The notes under the pieces: model-generated
The model's database searches: none
What the model saw: only the letters and a program-made list of their open reading frames with translations
Told to the model about the DNA's origin: nothing
From: a virus
Direction: 5' to 3' (one strand)
IMG/VR virus record: IMGVR_UViG_3300017742_004322
Location: 1 to 64,000 of that record
DNA: 64,000 nucleotides
Position numbers and translations under genes: made by a program
Shown: piece by piece, positions 40,312-49,743 of the stretch
Numbering within the stretch: the first letter of the stretch is position 1
How the letters are laid out: each line of letters begins with the position of its first letter

Positions 40312-40679
40312 ACTTTAATCCACTTTTGTTCACTATTTAATTTAAATGAACCAATATGTTCTTTATTCCATTCATTTGGTGCTATTAAAGATAAGAAAGG
40401 ATTTCCATCCTTCCCAAGGTAAAGGTGATAAGTTTCACCTATTATAGGTTCATAACTAAATTTAGATTGATATACAAGTTCATTCCATTGATATTCTTTT
40501 AAAAGTTGTTTGAATTCTTCTTTTAATTCATCAAACTTAGTTTTAAATTGTTTGTTTACTTTATCAACTCCTCTAAGTTTCCAATCATCTATATTTTCAG
40601 GACGAATTACAGGAGCAGCAACACTATCCCCATAAGGAAGTAATGCTTTATTTTCTGCAAAATTGTCCGGTTTTTTCAT
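40308..40679 (-). CDS. DUF2452-like protein
   Basis: LLPYG..V.AP.I, F..EPIIG..YHLY and FLSLI.P.EW patterns. Confidence 0.7.
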   Translation of the reverse strand: MKKPDNFAENKALLPYGDSVAAPVIRPENIDDWKLRGVDKVNKQFKTKFDELKEEFKQLLKEYQWNELVYQSKFSYEPIIGETYHLYLGKDGNPFLSLIAPNEWNKEHIGSFKLNSEQKWIKV

Positions 40680-40891
40680 TCGCTTACTTGTATTTCACCT
40701 AAATTATGGGATGGTATAAAATAATTATATTCATATTTATTGAGCCATTCAAATACTATACCTTTCATTTTAGTAGAATTTCCAGTAATAATAGTATATT
40801 GTTTATGTCCTGGTTGTTCCCAGAAAAAATAACTAGTTAATTTTTCTTCTACCTCAGCATGTTTGACCCCATGTAAATCTAAAGTGCTCAT
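40676..40891 (-). CDS. Small Smr-domain protein
   Basis: LDLHG...IITG. Confidence 0.75.
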   Translation of the reverse strand: MSTLDLHGVKHAEVEEKLTSYFFWEQPGHKQYTIITGNSTKMKGIVFEWLNKYEYNYFIPSHNLGEIQVSE

Positions 40892-41136
40892 TCTTCATCA
40901 TTAGTAGATAAGGTGGTTTCAATTTCTCCTTTATTATTATAAATTAAGTCTGGAGTGGTGATATGAAAATTTTGTTTTTTTAAAGTAAATCTTCCACCTT
41001 GTTTTAGCATTTTTCTAAAAAACATTTCTTGGTTTTCATTCCAATTTTCACTTAATGCTATAATTTCTTCTTTAGATAGTAGTTCACCTTCACATTTAAT
41101 TACTACTCCCCTTCTTAGTGTTTGTTTTTTTATCAT
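40888..41136 (-). CDS. Hypothetical protein between the polymerase halves
   Basis: 82-aa ORF with ATGA overlaps on both sides. Confidence 0.65.
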   Translation of the reverse strand: MIKKQTLRRGVVIKCEGELLSKEEIIALSENWNENQEMFFRKMLKQGGRFTLKKQNFHITTPDLIYNNKGEIETTLSTNDEE

Positions 41137-42923
41137 AATTCTATTTCTCCTCTCATTACTTGGTTCATATGTTTGTTGGCAAAAGCCGCTGATTCTTGGA
41201 TAATACGTTGACCTGTAAGGGTAATACTTTCACTTAGGATTACATTACCATACCTAAATGAACCTAATGCTGTAGCACCGTAAAGTGAATTAAGAAGGAT
41301 CTTCATTGTATGTTGTTTTAAATGCATTAATTCTCCTAATTCCTTATTACCAGCTTTATAAGCTTCTTTCATTTTATTTTTAAATACAAGCCTTTCTTGA
41401 AACCATTTATTCAAAATAGTAGATAGTACTGAATCAAAATCAGTTCTATACATTACACCATTAGCTGAAATTGCTAGATTTTCACTTTCAATTAGCTCAA
41501 TTAAATCTTTAATTTTAATTTCAGTAGTTTGACGTTTAGCATTTTGAACCGAAACTGGTAGGTTTTGATCCATTTTTTTTAGATCATTTAAAGCATATCT
41601 ACAATTAAATATTTCTTTTCCTTCAACATTTATTTTTTCATCCGAAAATAGTATTTTTCCTACTAAAGTTTCTTTACCAATATTAAGAGACATAATAATT
41701 GATGGGTAGAGTGATGTTAAATCTTCATCAAACATATAATTAAAAATACCTGCTGTAGGACAAAATAAATATCCCCCAGCATAATTTTTCTTATTAATTG
41801 GGTTGGGGTCACGAGCAGGAGGAGCAATTCCTTGACTTAATAAATAAGCTGAGATAGCACCATCTTGGGTTTTAGTATTAGCATATACTTCACTGTAGTT
41901 ATGTTTACCTTTATGTGATAAGTTTTTAGTAAGAGCTAAATAGTCTAGTTTTTCATCTAATAATTTAAGAATTTCGACATCACGAAAATTATATTGAATA
42001 AATTTATGAATATCATCTTCAAACAATCGATCTAAATTACCATCATATTCAATCTTTGCTAACCCCGTATATTTTTCACCAATAACATCTAGTTTATATG
42101 AAGGTTCATCTCTAAAGCTAAACTTTTTATGTAAGCGCATATAATCTAAAGATTCTACACCTATAATATCTACATACATATCTTGTTTATACCATCTAGC
42201 TTTTACTTCACCTGTAACTTGATCTTTATATTTAGCAGATTTACGTGTTTTAACAATCCCAAGAGGAGATAAACTAGTAGCAATTTTTTTAGATAATACT
42301 CTTTCAATTCTGTAGTAAAGATAAGGAATATCGAAATAATCACTATTCCACCCAACTATAATATCAGGATTTAATTCTTTAAAACGTTTTACAAAAGTTT
42401 GTAATAATTCTACTTCAGTTTTAACAGGAATTATTTCTTTGTTTTTAGCTTTAGTATGATTTAATTGACCTTTTTTATCTAAAATAATGATTGCCCAGAG
42501 ATCTGTTTGTTTATCCCACCAAGCAATAGAAGTTATTGGTTTAGGAGCATCTTCAATATATTCTTCAGTAAGTGCACCTCCCATTTCACACTCTATATCA
42601 AAAAATATTTCCTTATGTCCTGTAGAGGGGTCATCATTAATTCCATATCTTTCAATAAGAAATTTTTGATAAGGGGGCATATCGTGAAAATGGAGACCTA
42701 AAGTATTTTTATATTTATATTCAGCATTCTTAGTAAAATACCAATTTGTAATAGGTTTTACAAATTCACCATTTAGACCTTTTAAAGTGTGTTCTTTTTT
42801 GGGGCAGTTAACATAAGCTGTGTTTTTATATTCTGCAACTTGATGTTTACCATCGCTTTCCCATAAATGCATTTCAAAATGGTTTGGGCCTAATTTTTCA
42901 CCTTGATAACATTTTTTATACAT
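41133..42923 (-). CDS. Family B DNA polymerase, N-terminal subunit (3'-5' exonuclease plus motifs A and B)
   Basis: FDIE, WN..YFDIPY, YN..D, DLTSLYPS and KILLNSLYG; lacks motif C. Confidence 0.93.
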   Translation of the reverse strand: MYKKCYQGEKLGPNHFEMHLWESDGKHQVAEYKNTAYVNCPKKEHTLKGLNGEFVKPITNWYFTKNAEYKYKNTLGLHFHDMPPYQKFLIERYGINDDPSTGHKEIFFDIECEMGGALTEEYIEDAPKPITSIAWWDKQTDLWAIIILDKKGQLNHTKAKNKEIIPVKTEVELLQTFVKRFKELNPDIIVGWNSDYFDIPYLYYRIERVLSKKIATSLSPLGIVKTRKSAKYKDQVTGEVKARWYKQDMYVDIIGVESLDYMRLHKKFSFRDEPSYKLDVIGEKYTGLAKIEYDGNLDRLFEDDIHKFIQYNFRDVEILKLLDEKLDYLALTKNLSHKGKHNYSEVYANTKTQDGAISAYLLSQGIAPPARDPNPINKKNYAGGYLFCPTAGIFNYMFDEDLTSLYPSIIMSLNIGKETLVGKILFSDEKINVEGKEIFNCRYALNDLKKMDQNLPVSVQNAKRQTTEIKIKDLIELIESENLAISANGVMYRTDFDSVLSTILNKWFQERLVFKNKMKEAYKAGNKELGELMHLKQHTMKILLNSLYGATALGSFRYGNVILSESITLTGQRIIQESAAFANKHMNQVMRGEIEL

Positions 42924-43537
42924 TAAAAGAATTGTTTTAGATCAGGTCTGAAATAATTAATATTCTTCATTACTTTTTTGTCACGACTTCTATAGACAAT
43001 ATAATAGTCTCCAACCTTTTCGTAGTGACATGGTTCATTTTGCTCTTTGGAACGAACTTTAACCGTTTCTTGTGCTTCTTCTTCACTTGAGCAAGCTTTA
43101 GACATATTCGACGCTTGTACTTCTTGATAGGCATCCCATAATTTATCCTTAAGACCATGAAGCATAGTTCCGTTACCAATCGAGACGTAGGCAATGTCAC
43201 ATAAAGCATCAAGTACCTCAACAATATCACCTGCTTCGCAGGCAGCTTTGTATTCTTCAAGTTCTTCGAGAATGAAGTCATAAACAAACATCCATTCAGC
43301 TTTGTTTTCAGGTATATTAGGCTCATAATTATTAGGTTTTCCCATTGTTGCATTAAATTCTTCTACTTCGCTTACAAAAGGAACGTACCTACCCTTAAAT
43401 TTATCAGCTATACGCTGTGCTGTTAACTCAGCCCATTCATGTTCTGGGGTCATTGATAATTGGTCTCGGTCTCTAAGTGAATTTAGCAAACCTAAACTAT
43501 TACGTAGTTCTAATTCTACTTCTTCTTTAAAATTCAT
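42923..43537 (-). CDS. MazG-like NTP pyrophosphohydrolase (DR2231/dUTPase-like)
   Basis: EELEE...EVLDALCD...EV..SNMSK. Confidence 0.85.
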   Translation of the reverse strand: MNFKEEVELELRNSLGLLNSLRDRDQLSMTPEHEWAELTAQRIADKFKGRYVPFVSEVEEFNATMGKPNNYEPNIPENKAEWMFVYDFILEELEEYKAACEAGDIVEVLDALCDIAYVSIGNGTMLHGLKDKLWDAYQEVQASNMSKACSSEEEAQETVKVRSKEQNEPCHYEKVGDYYIVYRSRDKKVMKNINYFRPDLKQFF

Positions 43538-43540
43538 AAA

Positions 43541-44236
43541 TTAAATGTTATGTCCTCCGTTATTAATTTTTAAACTATCAAAAAACTCTTTACGAGCATT
43601 ATTTTGATCATCTCTAAATGCTCCTGATGCTTTAGTGGTAACCATTGCTGCTCCTTGATGTTTTACTCCGCGACACGAAACACAATTATGAGTTCCGACA
43701 ATAGTAACAATTACACCTAAATTACCTTCTGTAATTTTAGATACAGCATTGTGTATTGCTGATGTTAATTGTTCTTGGATAGCACCTCTACGTCCAAATA
43801 ATTCTACAATTCTATTTAGTTTTGATAAACCAATTACTTGACCATCTTCTCCAGCAATATAACCAATATGAACAACTCCTCCAATTGTTTGGTGGTGGTG
43901 AGAACACATTGATGTTAGAGGAATATTTCTTTCAATAACTACTCCATCATAACCATCTGAGGGGAATGAAGTAATAGGAGACATTGCTGTATAACGACCT
44001 GACCATAAATCATTTACATATGCTTTAGATACTCGACGAGGAGTTTCCATTGAATTTGGATCATTTCTCCAATCACATTTTAAAGCATCTAAAAACTTAC
44101 CATAAGCTTCAGTAGCTTCATCTATCATTTCTTGTTTTTGATCTATATTAAGAGGGAAACCAGGAGCTACTCCATTAGCAAACCCTTCTTGTACCACTTC
44201 TAGTTCTTCGTGGATTTTTCTACGTTTGTTTTCCAT
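43541..44236 (-). CDS. folE: GTP cyclohydrolase I
   Basis: TP.RV, SMCSHH, GLSKL.R, QE.LT and H.C...RG motifs. Confidence 0.95.
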   Translation of the reverse strand: MENKRRKIHEELEVVQEGFANGVAPGFPLNIDQKQEMIDEATEAYGKFLDALKCDWRNDPNSMETPRRVSKAYVNDLWSGRYTAMSPITSFPSDGYDGVVIERNIPLTSMCSHHHQTIGGVVHIGYIAGEDGQVIGLSKLNRIVELFGRRGAIQEQLTSAIHNAVSKITEGNLGVIVTIVGTHNCVSCRGVKHQGAAMVTTKASGAFRDDQNNARKEFFDSLKINNGGHNI

Positions 44237-44255
44237 GTATTATAACTTATTTTAT

Positions 44256-44289
44256 GTGAATATACAAAACTAATTTTACAAAGCCCAAA
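44256..44289 (-). promoter_or_regulatory. Class 1 promoter variant upstream of folE-mazG-polB
   Basis: TTTGG-N16-TTTGTATATTCAC. Confidence 0.6.
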
Positions 44290-44779
44290 TTGAATTTAAA
44301 TTTCTCATATGACCTTTTTCATTATCCATTCCCATTCCAACTACCCATTCATCATCAATAGTAAATGCATGATATGATTTTTGTTTTGGGATTGGGGATG
44401 TTGCTCTAGTAACTAAAGACACAATTGAAATTGAAGCTGGTTTTTTGACTTCTAAATATTCAATAACTGCTTTCATAGTATTTCCAGTATCGTAAATATC
44501 ATCTACAATATAAACATGTTTTCCTTTAACACGTGTTTCTAAGTCCTTAGTGATTTGTATATCACCTTGTTTACGGTTTACATACGATTTAACGCGCATA
44601 AAATCACATTCCACGTCAATTGGCATAGATCGTACTAGATCGCTGTAGAACGCAAAAGCACCATTTAATAAACCAACCATTACAATTGGAGTTTTATCTC
44701 CTCTATGGTCATCAGTAATTTGTTTACCAATTATTTTTGTTTGAAATTGGATATCTTTAGCTGAAATTAGTTCTTTCAT
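44276..44779 (-). CDS. hpt: Hypoxanthine/guanine phosphoribosyltransferase
   Basis: LLNGA..F..DL, KSY, VDDIYDTGNT, VVG.G.D and RNL motifs. Confidence 0.9.
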   Translation of the reverse strand: MKELISAKDIQFQTKIIGKQITDDHRGDKTPIVMVGLLNGAFAFYSDLVRSMPIDVECDFMRVKSYVNRKQGDIQITKDLETRVKGKHVYIVDDIYDTGNTMKAVIEYLEVKKPASISIVSLVTRATSPIPKQKSYHAFTIDDEWVVGMGMDNEKGHMRNLNSIWAL

Positions 44780-45153
44780 CGTTTTCCTCCGTAATATTCT
44801 TTAGCATGACCTTCATTAATCAAAATTCGATTAACACTAATTTCTGGGGTGTTTGGGTTATTAGAGTGTAGAGTATTTTCAACATATATTTCCCCTAAAC
44901 AACGACCATATTTTCCTACTCCATGAGACACTAAAATAAATTTATTTTCGTTTTCTTCTAGAATTTCTATTAAACGAGCTTTAGCAGCTAATCCTTTTTT
45001 CTTTTCTTCTTTATTTCGAGTTCTGGATTCCCAAGCATCCATCCCCATCATTCGGATTCTTACTTTTTTTAAAGTATTAAATCCTAAATCAATTAGAGCA
45101 TCTATTGTGTCTCCGTCTACTACTCTATCTAATGTTGCGTGATAAGTATACAT
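44776..45153 (-). CDS. Thermonuclease (SNase-like)
   Basis: VVDGDT, R..G.D..E and KYGR.L motifs. Confidence 0.9.
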   Translation of the reverse strand: MYTYHATLDRVVDGDTIDALIDLGFNTLKKVRIRMMGMDAWESRTRNKEEKKKGLAAKARLIEILEENENKFILVSHGVGKYGRCLGEIYVENTLHSNNPNTPEISVNRILINEGHAKEYYGGKR

Positions 45154-45548
45154 TATTTGTTTTTGAATTTATAATAAATTTGTTTTTCCCATCCTAGCTT
45201 TTCAAATACCTTTTGAGAAGCTATATTATCGGTTTTTACATAAGCATCAACCTCAGCCCAACGAGGAGTATATTCTTGAATCATAAATGTTCCTATACCT
45301 TTACCATGGAATTTAGATGATACACAATAGGTTATTTCATGCCCTTTTAATAAACCTATATAACCTGCAGGTTCTCCATCTACTAAACAAATTTTATAAT
45401 CCCATTGATGTTCTGACATAAAGTCTTTTTGTTGTTCAGGAGTGATGTTAACTTGAGTAAAGAAACCTCCTTGATTATCGGGGTTAGTTCTTAATTGACG
45501 GACAAATTCCCAATATTGTTCTAGACAATTTACTAGTTCCATTTTCAT
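45153..45548 (-). CDS. GNAT N-acetyltransferase (PseH-like)
   Basis: FHGKGIGT and N.ASQKVFEKLG motifs. Confidence 0.85.
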   Translation of the reverse strand: MKMELVNCLEQYWEFVRQLRTNPDNQGGFFTQVNITPEQQKDFMSEHQWDYKICLVDGEPAGYIGLLKGHEITYCVSSKFHGKGIGTFMIQEYTPRWAEVDAYVKTDNIASQKVFEKLGWEKQIYYKFKNK

Positions 45549-46702
45549 CGTTTTATAGCTTTAATAACAGTTTTAACTACTTTTTTAGCATCTTCTTCTG
45601 TTAAAAACATATGAAGAGGGAGTGAAATTATTTCTTCACTTAGCTTATGAGCATTGGGACAAGTACCTTTTGCTTCTGAATATAAATCATATTGTGTATT
45701 GTCTTTGTAATGTACTCCAGGGAATATATCATTAGCGTTTAAATATTCCATTACTTCGTTTCTATTAGAAACTTTAATTTGATATAAATGACGAGAAGAT
45801 TCACATTTACTATTATGAAGAATAGGTTGAATTAATTTTTCATTTTTAAATCCTTCATCATATAATTTACAAATTTCTCTCCTACGACTATTATCTTCAT
45901 CTAAATAACGTAATGCTACTAATCCCATTGCAGCCATAATAGAGTTACCATGAGCTTTAAATCCTAAATCAATTACATCATAATCCCATTTATAACTGCC
46001 TTTAGAATTGGTACGATTAAAAGTATCTTTACTGATACCTAACCACGAAAGTTTACGAGCTAAAGCATCATAATCTTTATTTTGAAAACAAATCATACCT
46101 CCATCAGCAGTAGGCATATTTTTAACTGATTGGAAGCTAAAGATGGAAACATCAGCGTCCCATCCTACATGAGATTTAGAAACTGCCACTCCATGAAATA
46201 CTCTATCTACCTTAGTTCCTGCCATATGAGCAGCATCTAAAATAAGTTTTAAACCATGTTTATCACATAATTTTTTAACTTCATTATATTGTCCAATATT
46301 ACCTCCAATACCAACAAACATTACTGCTTTGGTTTTACGTGTAATTTTAGATTCAATACTTTTAACGTCTAAACAAAGTTGATCATCGACATCAGCAAAT
46401 ATTGGTTTTAAATCATTATATAAAATAGCGTGATTTGAAGAAACAAAAGTAAGAGGGGTAGTAATTACTTCATCTCCATCTTTCCATTTATTAACATCTT
46501 TAAGGACTTTAAGAGCAATTTGAAGCCCAACTGTATTAGAAGCTATAAAATGTGCATGGTTAAAATTAGTATATTTTTTCCATTCTTCTTCTAATTTTTC
46601 AGTCTTAAAACCCATTCCTGTCCATCCAATTTCTAGACATTCTGTAATTTCTTTTAAGATTTCTTCTGTACGATACTTTGGTTTAAAAACTTGAATTGAC
46701 AT
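45545..46702 (-). CDS. DegT/DnrJ/EryC1/StrS PLP-dependent aminotransferase
   Basis: DAAH, FSFQSVKNMPT.DGG, HY and SLPLH motifs; start probably MSIQVF. Confidence 0.93.
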   Translation of the reverse strand: MSIQVFKPKYRTEEILKEITECLEIGWTGMGFKTEKLEEEWKKYTNFNHAHFIASNTVGLQIALKVLKDVNKWKDGDEVITTPLTFVSSNHAILYNDLKPIFADVDDQLCLDVKSIESKITRKTKAVMFVGIGGNIGQYNEVKKLCDKHGLKLILDAAHMAGTKVDRVFHGVAVSKSHVGWDADVSIFSFQSVKNMPTADGGMICFQNKDYDALARKLSWLGISKDTFNRTNSKGSYKWDYDVIDLGFKAHGNSIMAAMGLVALRYLDEDNSRRREICKLYDEGFKNEKLIQPILHNSKCESSRHLYQIKVSNRNEVMEYLNANDIFPGVHYKDNTQYDLYSEAKGTCPNAHKLSEEIISLPLHMFLTEEDAKKVVKTVIKAIKR

Positions 46703-46727
46703 TTTTTTTTTATTTAAACAATTTTTA

Positions 46728-47564
46728 TTATACTCCTCTTTTAGTGTCAAACGCTATAATATGATCTCTACCAGTCATGTTATATCCTTTTTCGGCACAC
46801 ATTTCAAATACTAAAGGATACATTTCAACTAAAGTTTCTCGAGTATCACCCGCAGGCATTATAAATGTTTTATCTTTAGGAACATTAATTTCTAGTCTAT
46901 AAGCTTCAATTTCAGCAAGACCTTCATCTGTACCATCCCAAACAGGTTTAAAGTGGTAATCATTATGATAACTAAGAGTTTTCTTAATTGCTTCAGTATT
47001 AAGACGAAGACGATTATGAGTTTTAACCATTTTTTCATTTGTAACTGACCCATTAGGGGTAGCAGCTCCAACAACAGGAACACTATTACTAAATTTTGGA
47101 GAAAGAGAAATAAGACCTAGTGGATAATCTGTTTCGAGAAAATGAGAACCTTCAGTTTCAATTGTAATTAAGATACCTCTTTCATTTGCAAAATGTGTTA
47201 TTTCATTTACTAAAGCAGGGTGCATAGTAGGACTACCACCTGTTAACATCATTTCTTTAACATGAGGATTTTCATCATAAATTTTAATAATGTCGTTAAA
47301 TGTAAAGGTACCTTTTTCAGGGTGGACTGAAGTATACCAAGAATCGCACCACCCACCTTCACCAAAATAACATCGATGAGTACAGCCAGTAGTACGAACA
47401 GCAATAGTAGGTCTTCCAAATCTAGACCCTTCAGATTGGACACACCTATAGATCTCAAGAATAGGTAATACTTTGTCATAATCTTTAATACGACCTAAAG
47501 GGGCCGTTTTATTCCATAATTTAGGATTCAACATAGTAGGCTGCATTTTTACCATGTTCAGCAA
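46728..47564 (-). CDS. queE: 7-carboxy-7-deazaguanine synthase (radical SAM)
   Basis: Q.EG...G.P...VR..GC...C......WCD, TGG.P, IET.G and SPK motifs. Confidence 0.92.
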   Translation of the reverse strand: MLNMVKMQPTMLNPKLWNKTAPLGRIKDYDKVLPILEIYRCVQSEGSRFGRPTIAVRTTGCTHRCYFGEGGWCDSWYTSVHPEKGTFTFNDIIKIYDENPHVKEMMLTGGSPTMHPALVNEITHFANERGILITIETEGSHFLETDYPLGLISLSPKFSNSVPVVGAATPNGSVTNEKMVKTHNRLRLNTEAIKKTLSYHNDYHFKPVWDGTDEGLAEIEAYRLEINVPKDKTFIMPAGDTRETLVEMYPLVFEMCAEKGYNMTGRDHIIAFDTKRGV

Positions 47565-47988
47565 ATTTAACTTTAGTAACTTTTACTCTACCTTCAGTTT
47601 CTTCGAGAACAAAATTATTAATTTTATTAAAAATATACTCAGCAAATTTTTCGGCTCCTGTAGCTTCAACAACTCTTAATTGAATTATACCTTCCTTATC
47701 TAGTCTTTCCCATTCTGGTAGGGCAGGATCGTCTTCAGCACAAACTAAAGTATGGTCAAACATATAATCCATCCATGCTTTAGGGGACATACCATCAATT
47801 TGAGTTTTAGCACGTTTCATACCACCAAAATCCCAAACCCAATTTCTATGATCTAAATCACCTTCAAAATAAACTTTAAACGAAACTCCATAACCATGAA
47901 GAAATCGACAATGAGTTGTATTTGCCTTCCACTGACGGAACACAGTTGAGAATCCATCAAATACTTTACTTGACTGAAATTTACCCAT
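47521..47988 (-). CDS. queD: 6-carboxytetrahydropterin synthase
   Basis: C..LHG, W.WDFG, FDH and AE motifs. Confidence 0.88.
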   Translation of the reverse strand: MGKFQSSKVFDGFSTVFRQWKANTTHCRFLHGYGVSFKVYFEGDLDHRNWVWDFGGMKRAKTQIDGMSPKAWMDYMFDHTLVCAEDDPALPEWERLDKEGIIQLRVVEATGAEKFAEYIFNKINNFVLEETEGRVKVTKVKFAEHGKNAAYYVES

Positions 47989-48229
47989 TATAGAATTGTT
48001 TTACAAAGTTAATATCTTTTACACCTACAAACATATCTATTTTATTCCCACTATCATCTACTTTAATAACCGAAGGGACACTTCTAATTCCATATTGAGC
48101 TGTGATTTCGTTTTCAACATCAATATTAATTTTTTGAATGTTCATACCTTCAGATGATAATCGATCCATCAAGGGTCCAAACATTTTACACGGTCCACAC
48201 CAAGGTGCAGAAAAATATAATAATTTCAT
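47981..48229 (-). CDS. trxA: Thioredoxin
   Basis: WCGPC and cis-Pro SVP. Confidence 0.92.
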   Translation of the reverse strand: MKLLYFSAPWCGPCKMFGPLMDRLSSEGMNIQKINIDVENEITAQYGIRSVPSVIKVDDSGNKIDMFVGVKDINFVKQFYNG

Positions 48230-48454
48230 ATCTTTATAATTTAAACTAATTCTTCTATAATTCCTATTATTTCACTAAATATAAGAACCCCTACTGCAAG
48301 TGGCAAATTTACAATCAAAAGTCCATATCCTAAAATACGAAATCCTGATTTAATAAATGAAATTATTTGATGTTTACGAGCATCAGGTAATTCTTGTTTT
48401 TTAGGTTCAGGTATATGAACTCTACCAAACCCTTTTGCGTCCATTATTTCTCTA

Positions 48455-49342
48455 TCACTCATGTTCTGCTAAGATTTTGGATACGTGCTCTTTAACTTTT
48501 TCCCAAGAAGCCAATCCTTCATCATCTTCATATTGTATTGGATCAGGCCTCCCAAGATTAATAAAGGCCTCAACACGCTCCACACTACTTGCAGACTTAT
48601 AATCGCTATTACCACTAGGATAAGGCTTATAGCTTGTATTAGTTCTTTTATAAACTTCATCAAAGTCAATATTTAATTTTTGACAGAGACTTTCTCCATC
48701 TTGTAAAATTGTAAACTTATCTCCTTCAAGATAAGGCGTCCAATAATCTACTAATTCACTATCCCAATTACCTAATCTAAAAGCAGCATCATCTGCATCT
48801 CTAAATTCTTGACGACAGTCAGGATAAATTGCATGGTCACCTGCATGGATTCCTAAAGCAATATTAGTAATTTCTTTTTTAGTAGTTGCTATTGATAAAG
48901 CAACTGCCTGAGTTATTGAAGCAAATATTTTGTTTCTATTAGGAACAACAGTTGCTTTCATATTATCTTCAGCATAATGCCCTTCAGGCACTTCATCTCC
49001 ACCTTCAACTAAGGCTGAGTTGAGTAAATCAACTAAGCCATCAAGTTTAATAACTCGATAATTAATAGGGGAATATTTACCAAAATCATCTCCCCTATGA
49101 TTAGTTTCATAAAAGTTATCATTTAAATAATCTACTAGTGATTGAGCTCTTTCTAACTCTACTCTATGTTTTTGACCATAGTCAAAAGATAAAGCTGTTA
49201 CTGTTTCATACTCATCTAAAGCTTTAAGCAATAGTGTTGAGCTGTCCATACCACCTGAAAGTGATACTACTACGTGTTTTCCTTGTTCAAAAATCATTTT
49301 TAATTGCATTTTATAAGCCAGGTATTTTAAGCGTATAGGCAA
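48455..49342 (-). CDS. queC: 7-cyano-7-deazaguanine synthase
   Basis: SGGMDS, FDYGQKH, VVPNRN and YPDCR motifs. The distal CxxCxxC is replaced by SDYKSASS. Confidence 0.92.
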   Translation of the reverse strand: MPIRLKYLAYKMQLKMIFEQGKHVVVSLSGGMDSSTLLLKALDEYETVTALSFDYGQKHRVELERAQSLVDYLNDNFYETNHRGDDFGKYSPINYRVIKLDGLVDLLNSALVEGGDEVPEGHYAEDNMKATVVPNRNKIFASITQAVALSIATTKKEITNIALGIHAGDHAIYPDCRQEFRDADDAAFRLGNWDSELVDYWTPYLEGDKFTILQDGESLCQKLNIDFDEVYKRTNTSYKPYPSGNSDYKSASSVERVEAFINLGRPDPIQYEDDEGLASWEKVKEHVSKILAEHE

Positions 49343-49743
49343 ACGCTGTATTCTTTTATTTAACTTAGTCTTCTACAAATTCTACATCTCCGTAATCATC
49401 AATTGGTTTATCTCTTACTAGATCCCAATCGGCATCATCTATGATTTCTTGTTGAATATCTTCATCACCTGTTTTCCACTGTGCTAATTCTTCTTCTGTT
49501 AGCACATATTCTTCCCATCTGAAGTCTGAGTAATTTACTGTTCTTGTTAATTTTGCCATTTTACATTAATTTTGGTATTCTAAATTTTAAAATAGGACTT
49601 CCATTTACTGTAGGTTGTCCTAAATCATCTATTTCTACTGTTTTGACTTTAATAGGCTTATTTCTAAACCTTCCAGTTAACATAATATCTCCCTTTTCTA
49701 TAGGAATAATTAATTTCCCATTTTTATATTCAGTTTTCATAAT

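Noticed and set aside
40308-41136. Polymerase split as a sequencing frameshift, intein or intron
   Set aside because: The gap holds three intact, coupled ORFs, with no intein termini or intron-like structure visible.
46702-46711. A10 tract at the aminotransferase start as a phase-variation switch
   Set aside because: A-rich starts are normal for Bacteroidota translation, and the tract lies before the likely start codon, so slippage would not shift the frame.
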